From IMG/VR virus record IMGVR_UViG_3300025018_002313: DNA of 59,200 nucleotides, one strand, 5' to 3'. Below the pieces are notes generated by a model. The model saw nothing but the letters and a program-made list of their open reading frames with translations. It was not told the DNA's origin and searched no databases. A program made the position numbers and the translations under genes. How positions within the stretch are numbered: position 1 is the stretch's first letter; every line of letters starts with the position of its first letter. Source of the DNA: a virus. Positions 27,167-37,401 of this stretch are shown piece by piece.

Positions 27167-27803
27167 TAATTATACATTCAGTAAACATCTGCTCAACATC
27201 TATTACATTAAATCCGAGACTTATCGCCTCTGACATAATATATTTATAATCATTTACAAGATTTGCAATCTTGCTTTTAATCATAACTTCTTTCTCATAC
27301 TCTTCGGATACAAATTCCTTATCATACGAGAGATTAGCCATCATCTCCACGACTATACTTGCGTTAAGCATCTCTAGCTTACCTTCAGATAAAAATCTCC
27401 GAAGCTTAAAAACATATACATCAAGAGGAGTTAGAGCCGTTTTTTCATCCAATGTCTCTGGTATTTTCACTCTTCTACCTGTTTCATCAACTAAACCTAA
27501 TTTAAAAGCCGGTGTTTCTATAATCGGTTCATTCAACCTAGTTATAAACAAAGCCGTTGAAAAATTACGATGAATATTCTCCTTAGTTAACATATTAAAC
27601 TCTACACCATGAACGTGCGTTTTTCCGAATGGATTATATAAACAACCAGGACCAAACGTAGATATTCCGCAATAAATACACCGTTTTGGATCATCCACGT
27701 GAACATGAACCCTATGAGGTGAATATGGGCATCCTTTGCCGTATGTACCTGTATTACAATACATACACTTACTCTGCTTATCTGTACCTAAAACTAATGA
27801 CAT
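27150..27803 (-). CDS. Hypothetical protein with a duplicated Cys/His zinc-ribbon-like motif
   Basis: 217 aa. CMYCNTGTYGKGCPYSPHRVHVHV followed by CIYCGISTFGPGCLYNPFGKTHVHGV. Confidence 0.35.
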   Translation of the reverse strand: MSLVLGTDKQSKCMYCNTGTYGKGCPYSPHRVHVHVDDPKRCIYCGISTFGPGCLYNPFGKTHVHGVEFNMLTKENIHRNFSTALFITRLNEPIIETPAFKLGLVDETGRRVKIPETLDEKTALTPLDVYVFKLRRFLSEGKLEMLNASIVVEMMANLSYDKEFVSEEYEKEVMIKSKIANLVNDYKYIMSEAISLGFNVIDVEQMFTECIINEQLS

Positions 27804-27811
27804 TATTTCTC

Positions 27812-28198
27812 CTAAAAAATATCCAATCTAAAACTAAAAATATCTACTATCGCCGTCGATATAACATCTGGTATCTGTTTATATTTAACAGGGTCCGGAA
27901 TACCACATTCTATAAGTATCTTACTGTTATGTCTATCCAACGACTGACCTATAAATTCATCATATACTTCCACACGCTCTATAAGTGCTCGTAATTGCCT
28001 TAATGTTGCAGCTGGAATCTCAAACATAATAGTATTACTATCCAGAGCGAAATGTGATATAAAAGAACTAATAGAAACTACCATATCAGAATAAGGAATA
28101 TCTACTCCAGCTGTGTACTTTTCGCCGCGCTCCATGTAGTCATACGCGTTCTTAAAAGCATCATAGAATTGTTCTTTGAATATCCCAAATTCATCCAT
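27812..28198 (-). CDS. Hypothetical protein
   Basis: 128 aa ORF. Confidence 0.3.
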   Translation of the reverse strand: MDEFGIFKEQFYDAFKNAYDYMERGEKYTAGVDIPYSDMVVSISSFISHFALDSNTIMFEIPAATLRQLRALIERVEVYDEFIGQSLDRHNSKILIECGIPDPVKYKQIPDVISTAIVDIFSFRLDIF

Positions 28199-28619
28199 TT
28201 ATTCTAAACTCCTTAGGGGCCTTTCCAACTCGTAAATTTATAATACCGTTGTAGTATTTATCTGATAATAGTACATCTCTCTCAAACTGCAACTTAGCCT
28301 CGAAATAAGATAACTCCCACTTACAACTACATAACCTCAGTATAGTAAAAACGAAATTATGCTTACCATCTTGCTCTATCTCTTCATTTAATATATTGCA
28401 ACTACCGGTGTACGACTTCCAATCAGTTTCAACTATCTTATGTCTTTTATTCTTTCTGCCCTTTAGAGGAGCCATCTTACGAATCGTAGACATTTGCTTC
28501 TTACCGATATATTTTTGCCCGGTTCGGAGACTCTCTATCTCATAGATAAATCCGTAAGTACCAACTGGTACATCTATATCACACAACCAGTGACCGCAAT
28601 CTGTTACTTTTTCTTCCAT
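28191..28619 (-). CDS. GIY-YIG family endonuclease (homing-endonuclease-like)
   Basis: 142 aa. N-terminal YGFIYEIESLRTGQKYIGKK matches the GIY-(x10)-YIG spacing. Confidence 0.5.
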   Translation of the reverse strand: MEEKVTDCGHWLCDIDVPVGTYGFIYEIESLRTGQKYIGKKQMSTIRKMAPLKGRKNKRHKIVETDWKSYTGSCNILNEEIEQDGKHNFVFTILRLCSCKWELSYFEAKLQFERDVLLSDKYYNGIINLRVGKAPKEFRING

Positions 28620-28921
28620 TTTTTCTTTAATCGCTCTTCCATTTCTTCGAGAGCTGTATAATAATCAGGAAATTCGAAAAGATGGTCATGCGCTATCTCC
28701 ATTGCAATATCCTTATCGTTTGTGTGTTCCATTTCGACTTTTACACCCATCTCCATCTGCTTATCTATTTCTTCTTTTGAGACTCCGTGTCTATCGGCTA
28801 TATCTTGATGAGACGTTCCATCTCCAAGACCTCCCTTTACTTTGTCTTTATGAGGCATTTTACTTCCGTCACCCTCTTTCTTCTTCATATATCGTTCAAA
28901 TATTACTTCATTCTCATTCAT
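28604..28921 (-). CDS. Hypothetical small protein
   Basis: 105 aa with a conserved-looking GDGTSHQDIADRHGVS...VEMEHT...AHDHL segment. Confidence 0.3.
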   Translation of the reverse strand: MNENEVIFERYMKKKEGDGSKMPHKDKVKGGLGDGTSHQDIADRHGVSKEEIDKQMEMGVKVEMEHTNDKDIAMEIAHDHLFEFPDYYTALEEMEERLKKKWKKK

Positions 28922-28929
28922 TTCTTCTC

Positions 28930-29217
28930 CTAAACCGCCGTCATGCTACCTGTACGATTCATCTGCTGACCTTGTCGCATAACTGGCCCTTGAACTTCAG
29001 GTGCATCCTCGTATTCATCGTAATAGTATTCGTCTTCATCGAGATGCTGCATAGCTATCTTTCTCGCGAGATCCGGACTTGGTGTAGTTTGCAACTCAAT
29101 CTTAGTACCTTTAAGAAGAGCTGATTGATTGTAATCTTCTGGTCTCTTCTTAGGGGTCTTAATGATTGATAAATAATTACCGGATAATATATTTTCTACT
29201 ATTCTGTCGTATTTCAT
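28930..29217 (-). CDS. Hypothetical protein
   Basis: 95 aa ORF. Confidence 0.25.
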   Translation of the reverse strand: MKYDRIVENILSGNYLSIIKTPKKRPEDYNQSALLKGTKIELQTTPSPDLARKIAMQHLDEDEYYYDEYEDAPEVQGPVMRQGQQMNRTGSMTAV

Positions 29218-30158
29218 TAAAAAACTCCTACTCCCATTTTTATCAATTGCAGTGTCTCAGCTATTTCATCGAACTCTGACGCTTGAGTCGATTGCACCAA
29301 TATACAATCAGTAATACTTACTCCATGCTTTTTTAACCAATGCTCGTAATCGTAGTATACCGGTACAACACCTTCATCTCTCTTAATTGGAGCCCATGCT
29401 CCCATGTCTCTTAGTCGGTCTATATACTCCTCATTAGCGTCTCTATTCGGAACTTCAATCACTATCCATCGAGAGGCTGGACGATACTCATACTCTCGCT
29501 CAAGACAGGCGAACATCCTAAACTTAGACACAGTTTCAAAAGGTCTCGAATCAACGCCAACTGACTTTCCATAAAATAATCTACCGTGGCCCTCCAAAAA
29601 CATCTGTCGGGTAACTTCTATTCCCTTCTCAATATCAGAAAGTATGACGTCCGCATCTACTATGTCGAAATCGCTCATCTCCCCTAACAGACAAAAAACA
29701 TTTTCTTTAAAGCATGCATCAGTCATTACAGAAGAAAGCTCGGAGATAACATCCTGCAGCTCTTCATCGTATCCTCTAGTTTCGAACATACAATCAACCT
29801 GATTGAACGGCATTTCCGCTCTACTTAATACCCGTGACACAAGATCTTGATATTCTTCATTGACGAATATTACACAATCTAAAACTATTTCAGGTTCAGT
29901 ATCTACATCCTCTGCAAACGCTCTACGGTATAGTGCGAATTTCTTTCTCTTCTTTTTGGTTTTTGATTTTGATTTAGCTCTCTTCCGAGGATTAGCTTCT
30001 AATCCATATACATTCCGTGCATCCCCTGGCGCAAACCAATCTCCAGCTTGAAATGCTCCGCCATGTGTACCTATAGGGGTATTTGAGCCTCCCCATATTC
30101 CTCCATACGACGTTGTGGTTTCTTGTAAAACTTTCTTTAAGCCTTGTATATAATTCAT
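29217..30158 (-). CDS. Hypothetical protein; first gene of the leftward block
   Basis: 313 aa ORF that starts immediately left of the divergent intergenic region. Confidence 0.4.
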   Translation of the reverse strand: MNYIQGLKKVLQETTTSYGGIWGGSNTPIGTHGGAFQAGDWFAPGDARNVYGLEANPRKRAKSKSKTKKKRKKFALYRRAFAEDVDTEPEIVLDCVIFVNEEYQDLVSRVLSRAEMPFNQVDCMFETRGYDEELQDVISELSSVMTDACFKENVFCLLGEMSDFDIVDADVILSDIEKGIEVTRQMFLEGHGRLFYGKSVGVDSRPFETVSKFRMFACLEREYEYRPASRWIVIEVPNRDANEEYIDRLRDMGAWAPIKRDEGVVPVYYDYEHWLKKHGVSITDCILVQSTQASEFDEIAETLQLIKMGVGVF

Positions 30159-30241
30159 AGTCTGCCCTTTTTAATATATTTCTTACTATACCGAGTGGAT
30201 TTATATCAATAAGTATTTATCCTATTTATTGAGGTATAAAC

Positions 30242-30646
30242 ATGGAAGAAGTATCTTTATTTGAGAAATATCACGCGGAACTTACAGAAGATCTTGAGCT
30301 AGACGACTTTACATTAAAAGACAAGCAGATGAAACTCCCGACCATTAAGCATAAATGGGTTGGGCGGCTCATACAGCAGCGCTATGAGAAGGATCGACTA
30401 GAACAAGCAAGAAAAAGAGCCATCAGTAAATTGATAGGTAAATTTCGCTCGGAGTCCGTTGTAGCAGTATCTGACAGAACATTAGCGCTGCAAGCAGAGG
30501 AACATGAGCTAGTTCAAACAATTGACGAGCGAATTAGAAATTGTGCGAATATCATACTATATCTTGAGAAATGTGAAAAAGTATTATCACAAACAGGGTT
30601 TGATATTAAGAATATCATCGACATCCGAAAACTTGAGTTAACTTAA
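30242..30646 (+). CDS. Hypothetical protein; first gene of the rightward block
   Basis: 134 aa. Its stop overlaps the next start (ATGA-type overlap). Confidence 0.35.
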   Translation: MEEVSLFEKYHAELTEDLELDDFTLKDKQMKLPTIKHKWVGRLIQQRYEKDRLEQARKRAISKLIGKFRSESVVAVSDRTLALQAEEHELVQTIDERIRNCANIILYLEKCEKVLSQTGFDIKNIIDIRKLELT

Positions 30647-32259
30647 TGCCACGAGTAATATTAGATTGGGATAAAAGCTACAAACGGGGTATTATAATCT
30701 CAGACTTTCTAGATGATATACGCAGCGCTTTCTCAATACCTAATAAAGCTAAAGCTATTCTAACTCGGAAATACGGTGAGTCTAGATTCATTCCTCATCG
30801 TAATCACGTTATATCAACTACCGGTAGATTTGATCGAGGACTCTTTTTTGATATACTAAGATACTTAAAAACATCGCCACTAGAATATGAAATAACTATT
30901 ACAGATAAACTAAAAGAGCATGTATTATGCGGAGTCGATGCGACCGACTTCGACCTGCCTAAACTTAATATCGAGAAGGTTCGTAACTTCCAGGTGTCTG
31001 GTGTATATAACGGATTGAAGTATGGACATGGTATTTTTCTAATCGGTACAGGTGGAGGAAAAACTCTGTTGATGGCTCTATTAGATAGATCGTTTCGTAC
31101 AATTAAAGAAAATAAAGGTGTAACGTTTATTGCTTTACCTGCGCAACTTATCGAGCAAACTTACAAAGACTTTATAGAATACGGTATTCCTGTGGAAGAT
31201 ATTAGTCAATGGGGTAATAAACATCAATTCGACAAAAAACCTATCATCATTGCATCATACAAAACTCTACATGCAAAATTCGGATCTATAAAACATACAC
31301 GACCGAAGAAAAGCAATCAATTCGAAACAACTGACGAATACTCGCAATACCTGAAGGACTTTAAAGAAACAGGAAAAGCACGAGAGAAAGTCTGGAATGC
31401 TGAAAAAAAGAGACTTCTAAAAGAACTCGAGAGCGTTGATCTACTATTATTTGATGAAGTGCATTTCCTGCGAGATAAAAACAAACTCAATAAAATTATA
31501 GGATTGTTTGATATAAAACATAAATTTGGCTTTACTGGTACTCTTCCAGAAGATCAAGTAGATAAATGGAATGTAATAGGCAAAATAGGTCCGATTATCG
31601 AAAATGTTACTTCATATGATCTCCGTCAAATGAAGCATCTAACTAATGTAAAAGCACAAATATTAAAACTTACATATAAAGATCCACCGAATTTTAAAGA
31701 TGAAGTTGAAGAGATGAAGTTGATGGGTATAACTGTTCAACCCGGAGAAGCATATCTAAGAGAGCGTGACTGGATATATAAACACTCATTTAGAAACAAA
31801 GTTATAACTCATCTATGTAATAGATTTAAGAATAATTCATTAATAATGGTTAATAAGCTTGATCACGGCGAACTACTTTACAATACACTAAGTAAGGCTC
31901 TACCAGATAAGACAGTATATTGGGTACGAGGAGAGGTTCAAATGAGTGACCGCGAAAAAATACGTGAATTAATGGAGAAAGATAATAATATAATATGTGT
32001 TGTGATGTCTAAGGTATTTTCCACTGGCATTAATATAAAGAACATACATTATATTGTATTCGTGCAAGATGGTAAAGCAAAAGTCACGCTAGTACAAAGT
32101 ATTGGTCGTGGGTTACGGTTGAATGATAATAAAGAATTGCTTGTTATTATTGATATTGCTGACGATTTACCGTACGGCAACGATCACCTCAGTAAGAGGT
32201 TAAAGAGATATGAATCAGAAAGAATTGAATATGAAGTCAGAAGTATTAACGAATCATAA
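30646..32259 (+). CDS. SF2 DEVH-box helicase, UvsW-like
   Basis: 537 aa. Walker A GTGGGKT; DEVH box (LLFDEVHFL). The N-terminal segment (...TTGRFDRGLFFDIL...) resembles the UvsW N-domain pattern (...WDGRIRLL...). Confidence 0.5.
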   Translation: MPRVILDWDKSYKRGIIISDFLDDIRSAFSIPNKAKAILTRKYGESRFIPHRNHVISTTGRFDRGLFFDILRYLKTSPLEYEITITDKLKEHVLCGVDATDFDLPKLNIEKVRNFQVSGVYNGLKYGHGIFLIGTGGGKTLLMALLDRSFRTIKENKGVTFIALPAQLIEQTYKDFIEYGIPVEDISQWGNKHQFDKKPIIIASYKTLHAKFGSIKHTRPKKSNQFETTDEYSQYLKDFKETGKAREKVWNAEKKRLLKELESVDLLLFDEVHFLRDKNKLNKIIGLFDIKHKFGFTGTLPEDQVDKWNVIGKIGPIIENVTSYDLRQMKHLTNVKAQILKLTYKDPPNFKDEVEEMKLMGITVQPGEAYLRERDWIYKHSFRNKVITHLCNRFKNNSLIMVNKLDHGELLYNTLSKALPDKTVYWVRGEVQMSDREKIRELMEKDNNIICVVMSKVFSTGINIKNIHYIVFVQDGKAKVTLVQSIGRGLRLNDNKELLVIIDIADDLPYGNDHLSKRLKRYESERIEYEVRSINES

Positions 32260-32983
32260 TTTACTAATAAAAGGGAGACCAGTAGATGATTTTAAATGGC
32301 ATAACATAGTAGAAGAATTATTTATTCCTGCGAAACTAGCGTTTAGAGTAACTACTACGGATAGTATAACGGCAAAGAAAATGATATGGTCGTTCGGCGA
32401 TGGAACAAAAGACCAGGCTATAACCAACAGGAAGGGTGAGCCTATAGAACAAGAAGTTACGCACTATTTTCGTACACAGAACATCGAAAACAACGAAACA
32501 TTAACAGTCGTTGCATCAGTCTTCACAGATGATAAAATCTATGTAACACCATTTTACATTATCAAAGACGTCCAACACAGAACAACAACAAACTATGTAG
32601 AACCTGAAGTATTAAAAGAACAAATATCTGTTTTTTATAAGACAGGTTACATGACAGATGAACTCGCATTATCAGTAAACGAAATTGCAAAGCGGTTGTC
32701 TTACGCGCCTAACTTTATTAACTATACATATCGTGAGGAGATGGTAGGAGATGCCCTGATAAAAATGATCAAAGCTCTTAGAGAGCACAAATTCGATCCT
32801 GAGAAGGGTAACCCATTTTCATATTTTACAAAAATAGCATTCCATGCATTCTGCAAACGAATAAAAGGGGAGAAGAAACATAGACAAACGATTTTGGATT
32901 ATCAAAACGAAGTGTATGAGACCTTAATCGGAGAGGGTATTATATCCGATAGTGATTCAACGGAAAATAATAGTGAAATTTAA
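32210..32983 (+). CDS. gp55: Late-transcription sigma factor, T4 gp55 family
   Basis: NPFSYFTKIAFHAFCKRIKGEKKH matches T4 gp55 [24 protein letters not shown]. The true start is probably a downstream Met (MKSEVL...). Confidence 0.75.
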   Translation: MNQKELNMKSEVLTNHNLLIKGRPVDDFKWHNIVEELFIPAKLAFRVTTTDSITAKKMIWSFGDGTKDQAITNRKGEPIEQEVTHYFRTQNIENNETLTVVASVFTDDKIYVTPFYIIKDVQHRTTTNYVEPEVLKEQISVFYKTGYMTDELALSVNEIAKRLSYAPNFINYTYREEMVGDALIKMIKALREHKFDPEKGNPFSYFTKIAFHAFCKRIKGEKKHRQTILDYQNEVYETLIGEGIISDSDSTENNSEI

Positions 32984-34028
32984 CAAAGAACAAATCGCCT
33001 GCTTTAGTGATATTCATATTGGTGTGCATCAAGCAAGCTCAATGTGGCATACTATATCACTTAATTACGCCAGATGGTTACGCGATGTACTAAAAGAGAG
33101 AGGCATAAAAGATATAGTTATACCTGGCGATGTACTTGATGATCGTAATGAAATAGCAGTAACAACTCTACATTATTTACCGCAATTCTTCAGAATATTT
33201 GAAGAGTTTAATATTATCATTGTTGTTGGTAATCACGATTGTTACTACAGTAAAAGATCCGATGTACATTCACTAGAAACTCTTGATGAATGGCCGAATA
33301 TTACCGTAATCGACTCCTTGACAACAGTTACACTCCACGAGAAGGTAATTTCGTTCTGTCCATGGCATACCCCTATAGAAGATATACCCCAGAGTGACAT
33401 CATCTTTGGTCATTTCGACATTCAGTCATTCAAAATGGCAGGGTATAAAGTAAACGAGCACGGTGTTCGATCTGCTGATCTATTGAATAAAGCTAGTTTA
33501 ATAGTAACTGGACATTACCACCTAACACAAGATCGCGTGTATAAGAACGGTAAAATTTTGTATCTTGGATCTCCTTATCAGCTAAACTGGGGCGAAGCAG
33601 AAACACCAAAAGGAGTCTATATCATTGATATAGATACAAACGACACATCATTCATAACAAATGATGTTTCACCTAAGCATAAGAAGATATTACTATCTGA
33701 ACTATTAGCAATCGGCAAACTTACCAAAGAAATACAAGATGAGTTTAATGGTAATATTATTAAGTTTGTTGTTGATGTTGATGCAAGCCAGCGTACAATT
33801 GATGAGTTAGTAAAGAAGTTTTATCTTCTCAAGCCGTTGGAACTAAAAATAGAGTATGAGTATACTCAACGATTTGATTTAGAAGACCACGAAATGGAGT
33901 TTCAAGGTGTTGATGTTAGAAGCGATATGACCGAGTTCGTAAAAACACTTGAAGGTATTGAAATTAAGGAGGAAGTGATTAATTACTTAATAGATATCTA
34001 TGAGAGAGCAGAGGTATTAGTAACATGA
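32952..34028 (+). CDS. gp47: Mre11/SbcD-like recombination nuclease, T4 gp47 family
   Basis: 358 aa with calcineurin-like phosphoesterase motifs (DIHIG, GDVLDD, VVGNHD, GHFD/GHYH). Confidence 0.7.
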   Translation: MIQRKIIVKFNKEQIACFSDIHIGVHQASSMWHTISLNYARWLRDVLKERGIKDIVIPGDVLDDRNEIAVTTLHYLPQFFRIFEEFNIIIVVGNHDCYYSKRSDVHSLETLDEWPNITVIDSLTTVTLHEKVISFCPWHTPIEDIPQSDIIFGHFDIQSFKMAGYKVNEHGVRSADLLNKASLIVTGHYHLTQDRVYKNGKILYLGSPYQLNWGEAETPKGVYIIDIDTNDTSFITNDVSPKHKKILLSELLAIGKLTKEIQDEFNGNIIKFVVDVDASQRTIDELVKKFYLLKPLELKIEYEYTQRFDLEDHEMEFQGVDVRSDMTEFVKTLEGIEIKEEVINYLIDIYERAEVLVT

Positions 34029-34076
34029 GTATTAAGGTACTGAAAGGTTTAATCACCCGAAAGAGGGAGTAGTAGC

Positions 34077-34334
34077 ATGAATTGGAATGAATATTTTGAA
34101 GACGTAGATATAGATTTTACATACCAATATAAAACTGGGCTAGTTACATTAATAGTTGATCCTGTCACATTTGACATGACAGCAGCGGAAGCGCGAGTAA
34201 CTGTTTTCGACAGTCTATCAGGAGTAGAAGATTTCGTCAAGCAACACGAACATTATCTATATTATAACTGTACGCATAATAAGAAATATAATACCTACGG
34301 GTACGGTACTTCTACGAGAATAACACCCCAGTAG
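34077..34334 (+). CDS. Hypothetical small protein
   Basis: 85 aa ORF between gp47 and the glycan island. Confidence 0.25.
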   Translation: MNWNEYFEDVDIDFTYQYKTGLVTLIVDPVTFDMTAAEARVTVFDSLSGVEDFVKQHEHYLYYNCTHNKKYNTYGYGTSTRITPQ

Positions 34335-34385
34335 TATTTACAAAAGAACAATATGACTTCTGTCAGAAAGCAGTGTGGAAAATAA

Positions 34386-35231
34386 ATGAAAAATAAAATA
34401 GGACTAGGAATAGTTACATATAATAAAGAAGATAGACTAAAACAAAGTGGCGCAACAGTACCAGTCGATGCAGTAGATTCGTTCGTTGTTGTTAATGACG
34501 GCACACCGTACTCTGAATACCCGGCAGATGCTGAAGTGATAATTCATCCACGTAACATGTGCGTCGGTGTCGCGAAGAATACCGCTATGCGTCACCTATT
34601 ACAAGCAGGATGTGATCATATTTTCTTAATGGAAGACGATATGCTTATTAAACGTCCAGATGTATTCGAAGCATATATTCACGCTGCCGAGAATAGCGGA
34701 ATATGGCATATGAACTATGCCCTACAAGGACCAGCAAACAGAAAGCAAGTAAATAATGGTCCAATGTATATTGATAAGAGACAAGAACTCGATCAGACAT
34801 CTGAACCAAATCCAAGAGCAACTATTGATTATGATGGTATAGATGTATCGTTCTATCCTAACTCAGTCGGATCGTTTTCTTACTACTTAAAAGGAGTTAT
34901 TAAAACAGTTGGATATCATGATGAACAATTTAAGAATGCCTGGGAGCATGTAGAACATACATATAGAGTTATTAAGGCAGGGTTACATCCTCCTTTCTGG
35001 TGGTTTGCAGATATTGCCAATAGTTACGAATATCTTACAGACATCCCTAACTGTATAGAGGAAAGTACGATCGCGCATACCCCTGAATGGATACAAAATT
35101 TTCAAAAAGGCATGGCTTGGTTTAAGAGTAAGCATGGATATGTACCACAACAAATACCAGATACAGATGCAAACCAAGTAATACAAACACTTGATCAAAT
35201 AAAGAGCAGTTATGCACGTAAAGTTCTGTAA
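34386..35231 (+). CDS. Glycosyltransferase-like protein (GT-A / GT2-like)
   Basis: 281 aa. N-terminal IGLGIVTYNKEDRL and an acidic DxD-type motif (LMEDDML), typical of GT2 enzymes. Confidence 0.4.
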   Translation: MKNKIGLGIVTYNKEDRLKQSGATVPVDAVDSFVVVNDGTPYSEYPADAEVIIHPRNMCVGVAKNTAMRHLLQAGCDHIFLMEDDMLIKRPDVFEAYIHAAENSGIWHMNYALQGPANRKQVNNGPMYIDKRQELDQTSEPNPRATIDYDGIDVSFYPNSVGSFSYYLKGVIKTVGYHDEQFKNAWEHVEHTYRVIKAGLHPPFWWFADIANSYEYLTDIPNCIEESTIAHTPEWIQNFQKGMAWFKSKHGYVPQQIPDTDANQVIQTLDQIKSSYARKVL

Positions 35232-35605
35232 CGGGTCCGTTATGAATATCAATGTAGCTAATACTAGAATTAATACTGAACCAAAAAAACTGATGAACGG
35301 CTGGTCCATTAAGGTAGATATAGAAACTTATGATTCTTGTACTCCTAGTTTGATAACGATGCCCGACAAAAAAATAAAGCGCGTATTTCGTCTATGCAAA
35401 GGATTAATATGAAAAATCAAAAAACAGAATTTGATGGTGGATTACCGAAGATATGTATTCCTATGATGCGTCGCACATTCCCAGAATTAATAACTAATGA
35501 GATCGTTGGTGTACAACCAATGAGCGGCTTTAATTCTAAGATAAAATCTCAGAGGAGTATCAGAGAGAAAATAAAGAGAATTATTAACAATTTGAGAGGA
35601 TTAAT

Positions 35606-36136
35606 ATGACAACTTTAGTTAAGACATTTGATGAGATGAAAGAGATGTTCAACCAGCAGATTGAAGATAATAAAGTCAGATACTACGAAAAGACAGGACT
35701 AGCATGTATACGTGAAGCGATATCTGGAGAGGTAGAGACTACAAACGTTGCAAAGGAAGGTGATTATGTTATTAGGTCCGTTGGAATAAACAGAGAACAA
35801 TATATTGTATCAAAAAAGAAAATCGAAAATAGATACGAATTATTAAGTGATGATATAGATGAAGACGGATTTAAAACATATAAAGCTACAGGGCGTATAT
35901 TCGGATTTCAATATACTGGTATAGTTACATTCAGATTTAAAGCATCCTGGGGAGAACTTATGCTTGTAAACGATGGTGATTATATTTGTACGCCAGATAC
36001 AAACACCTACGATGATCGTCTACCAAAAGTACTTATTCCGATGGTTCATCATAAGATACGCGAGTTAATCACAAACGGAACTGATATATATCGAATAGAA
36101 CAAAACGAATTTAAGCGTAGCTATAAGGAGATATAA
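35606..36136 (+). CDS. Hypothetical protein
   Basis: 176 aa. Preceded by two small overlapping ORFs (35212..35412 and 35394..35609) that may be real small genes. Confidence 0.3.
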   Translation: MTTLVKTFDEMKEMFNQQIEDNKVRYYEKTGLACIREAISGEVETTNVAKEGDYVIRSVGINREQYIVSKKKIENRYELLSDDIDEDGFKTYKATGRIFGFQYTGIVTFRFKASWGELMLVNDGDYICTPDTNTYDDRLPKVLIPMVHHKIRELITNGTDIYRIEQNEFKRSYKEI

Positions 36137-36915
36137 TGCGTATCGGACTTTTAATGCCTGCTAGAGAGAGACTAAATTTAAACCTAACGTTTATCTCCTC
36201 TATTATCACAACAGTTGAGAATATCGAAAACGTTACTCTATACATGGGGATTGACGATGATGATCCAACTCGTGATATTCAGATGAAAATTGCTAATGCA
36301 ATTCCATTTGTTAAGTTCGTACCTATTCATAATGAAGGTAAATTTATTGGCTTAGGTAAAATGTGGAATATTCTTGCTGCAGAGTGTAAAGAAGAGATCT
36401 TTGGATATGTTGGTAACGACATGATCTTTCGAACACCTAATTGGGATAGAAAGATTATAGACAAGTTCGAAAAGGAATGTCCAAAGGATAACATAATGCT
36501 GTATCATTGCAATGACGGGCATAGAGGGCCTGAATTATGTGTTAATGCTTTTGTACACAGAAAATATATGGAGATAGTAGGATATTTCATTCGTGATGAA
36601 TTTCTAATCAATTGGTCTGATCAATGGATGCACCAGATTTTCGATTCTTTCGGTCGGTTAGAATATATACCAGATATACTAATTGAACATAATCATTGGA
36701 TATTCGGCGGCCGTGAGCGAGATACAACCGCCAACAGAATGCTCAGTGATAACCATGATAGAGTTAGCGATAATATGTGGACTAAGTTAGGACCAGAGAG
36801 AGACGCTGAAGCTAAACAACTTAGTAGATATCTAAAAATATCCCCAGATTGGAGTAAAATTGAAAACAAATCTAGAGACATTGGCGAGAGAAACTTTAAT
36901 ACATACACCTGGTAA
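36136..36915 (+). CDS. Hypothetical protein, possibly a nucleotide-sugar transferase
   Basis: 259 aa with an acidic MGIDDDDPT motif. Confidence 0.25.
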   Translation: MRIGLLMPARERLNLNLTFISSIITTVENIENVTLYMGIDDDDPTRDIQMKIANAIPFVKFVPIHNEGKFIGLGKMWNILAAECKEEIFGYVGNDMIFRTPNWDRKIIDKFEKECPKDNIMLYHCNDGHRGPELCVNAFVHRKYMEIVGYFIRDEFLINWSDQWMHQIFDSFGRLEYIPDILIEHNHWIFGGRERDTTANRMLSDNHDRVSDNMWTKLGPERDAEAKQLSRYLKISPDWSKIENKSRDIGERNFNTYTW

Positions 36916-37116
36916 TATAGTAGAGATCGGAGGAGGGTAGGTAATGCTACTGTTGGATTTTTACGTGTTGCTAGAGAGTTAGATAGGACGGTTATTGTTA
37001 TTGATCCTTTTGAAGAAGCGTTAGACAAAACACCGCCATCGTACATTAAACCTTATACAAAAACTCAATTTCTTAAAAATACCGACAACTATAAAGAGCA
37101 TCTTCATTTATGTCAA

Positions 37117-37401
37117 ATGTTTTCTGCTGACCCAAAAGTGTATGATGAACTATTAAATTATACGCCAATCTCATTTGCGTTTGTAGATGGGCTACAGTTT
37201 AAAGATAGTGTGTTATCCGATTTAGCTTTAATGACTAGACTAAACGTGCCAGTTATTTGTGTTGATGATTTTACGAGAAATACAGATATAAGTCAAGTAC
37301 CTGAAGCAACAATTGAGTTTTTGAAGCAAGGTAAGTATACAGTGCAGGAGACGTTTGATAGAGGAGCAGGGCGTGTAGTAGGAGTGTTTAAAATAAAATG
37401 A
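37117..37401 (+). CDS. Hypothetical protein
   Basis: 94 aa ORF. Confidence 0.25.
   Translation: MFSADPKVYDELLNYTPISFAFVDGLQFKDSVLSDLALMTRLNVPVICVDDFTRNTDISQVPEATIEFLKQGKYTVQETFDRGAGRVVGVFKIK

Noticed and set aside
27150-27803. Cys-rich protein as a radical-SAM QueE
   Set aside because: It lacks the CxxxCxxC cluster motif. Its cysteines are arranged as duplicated CxxC...C elements.
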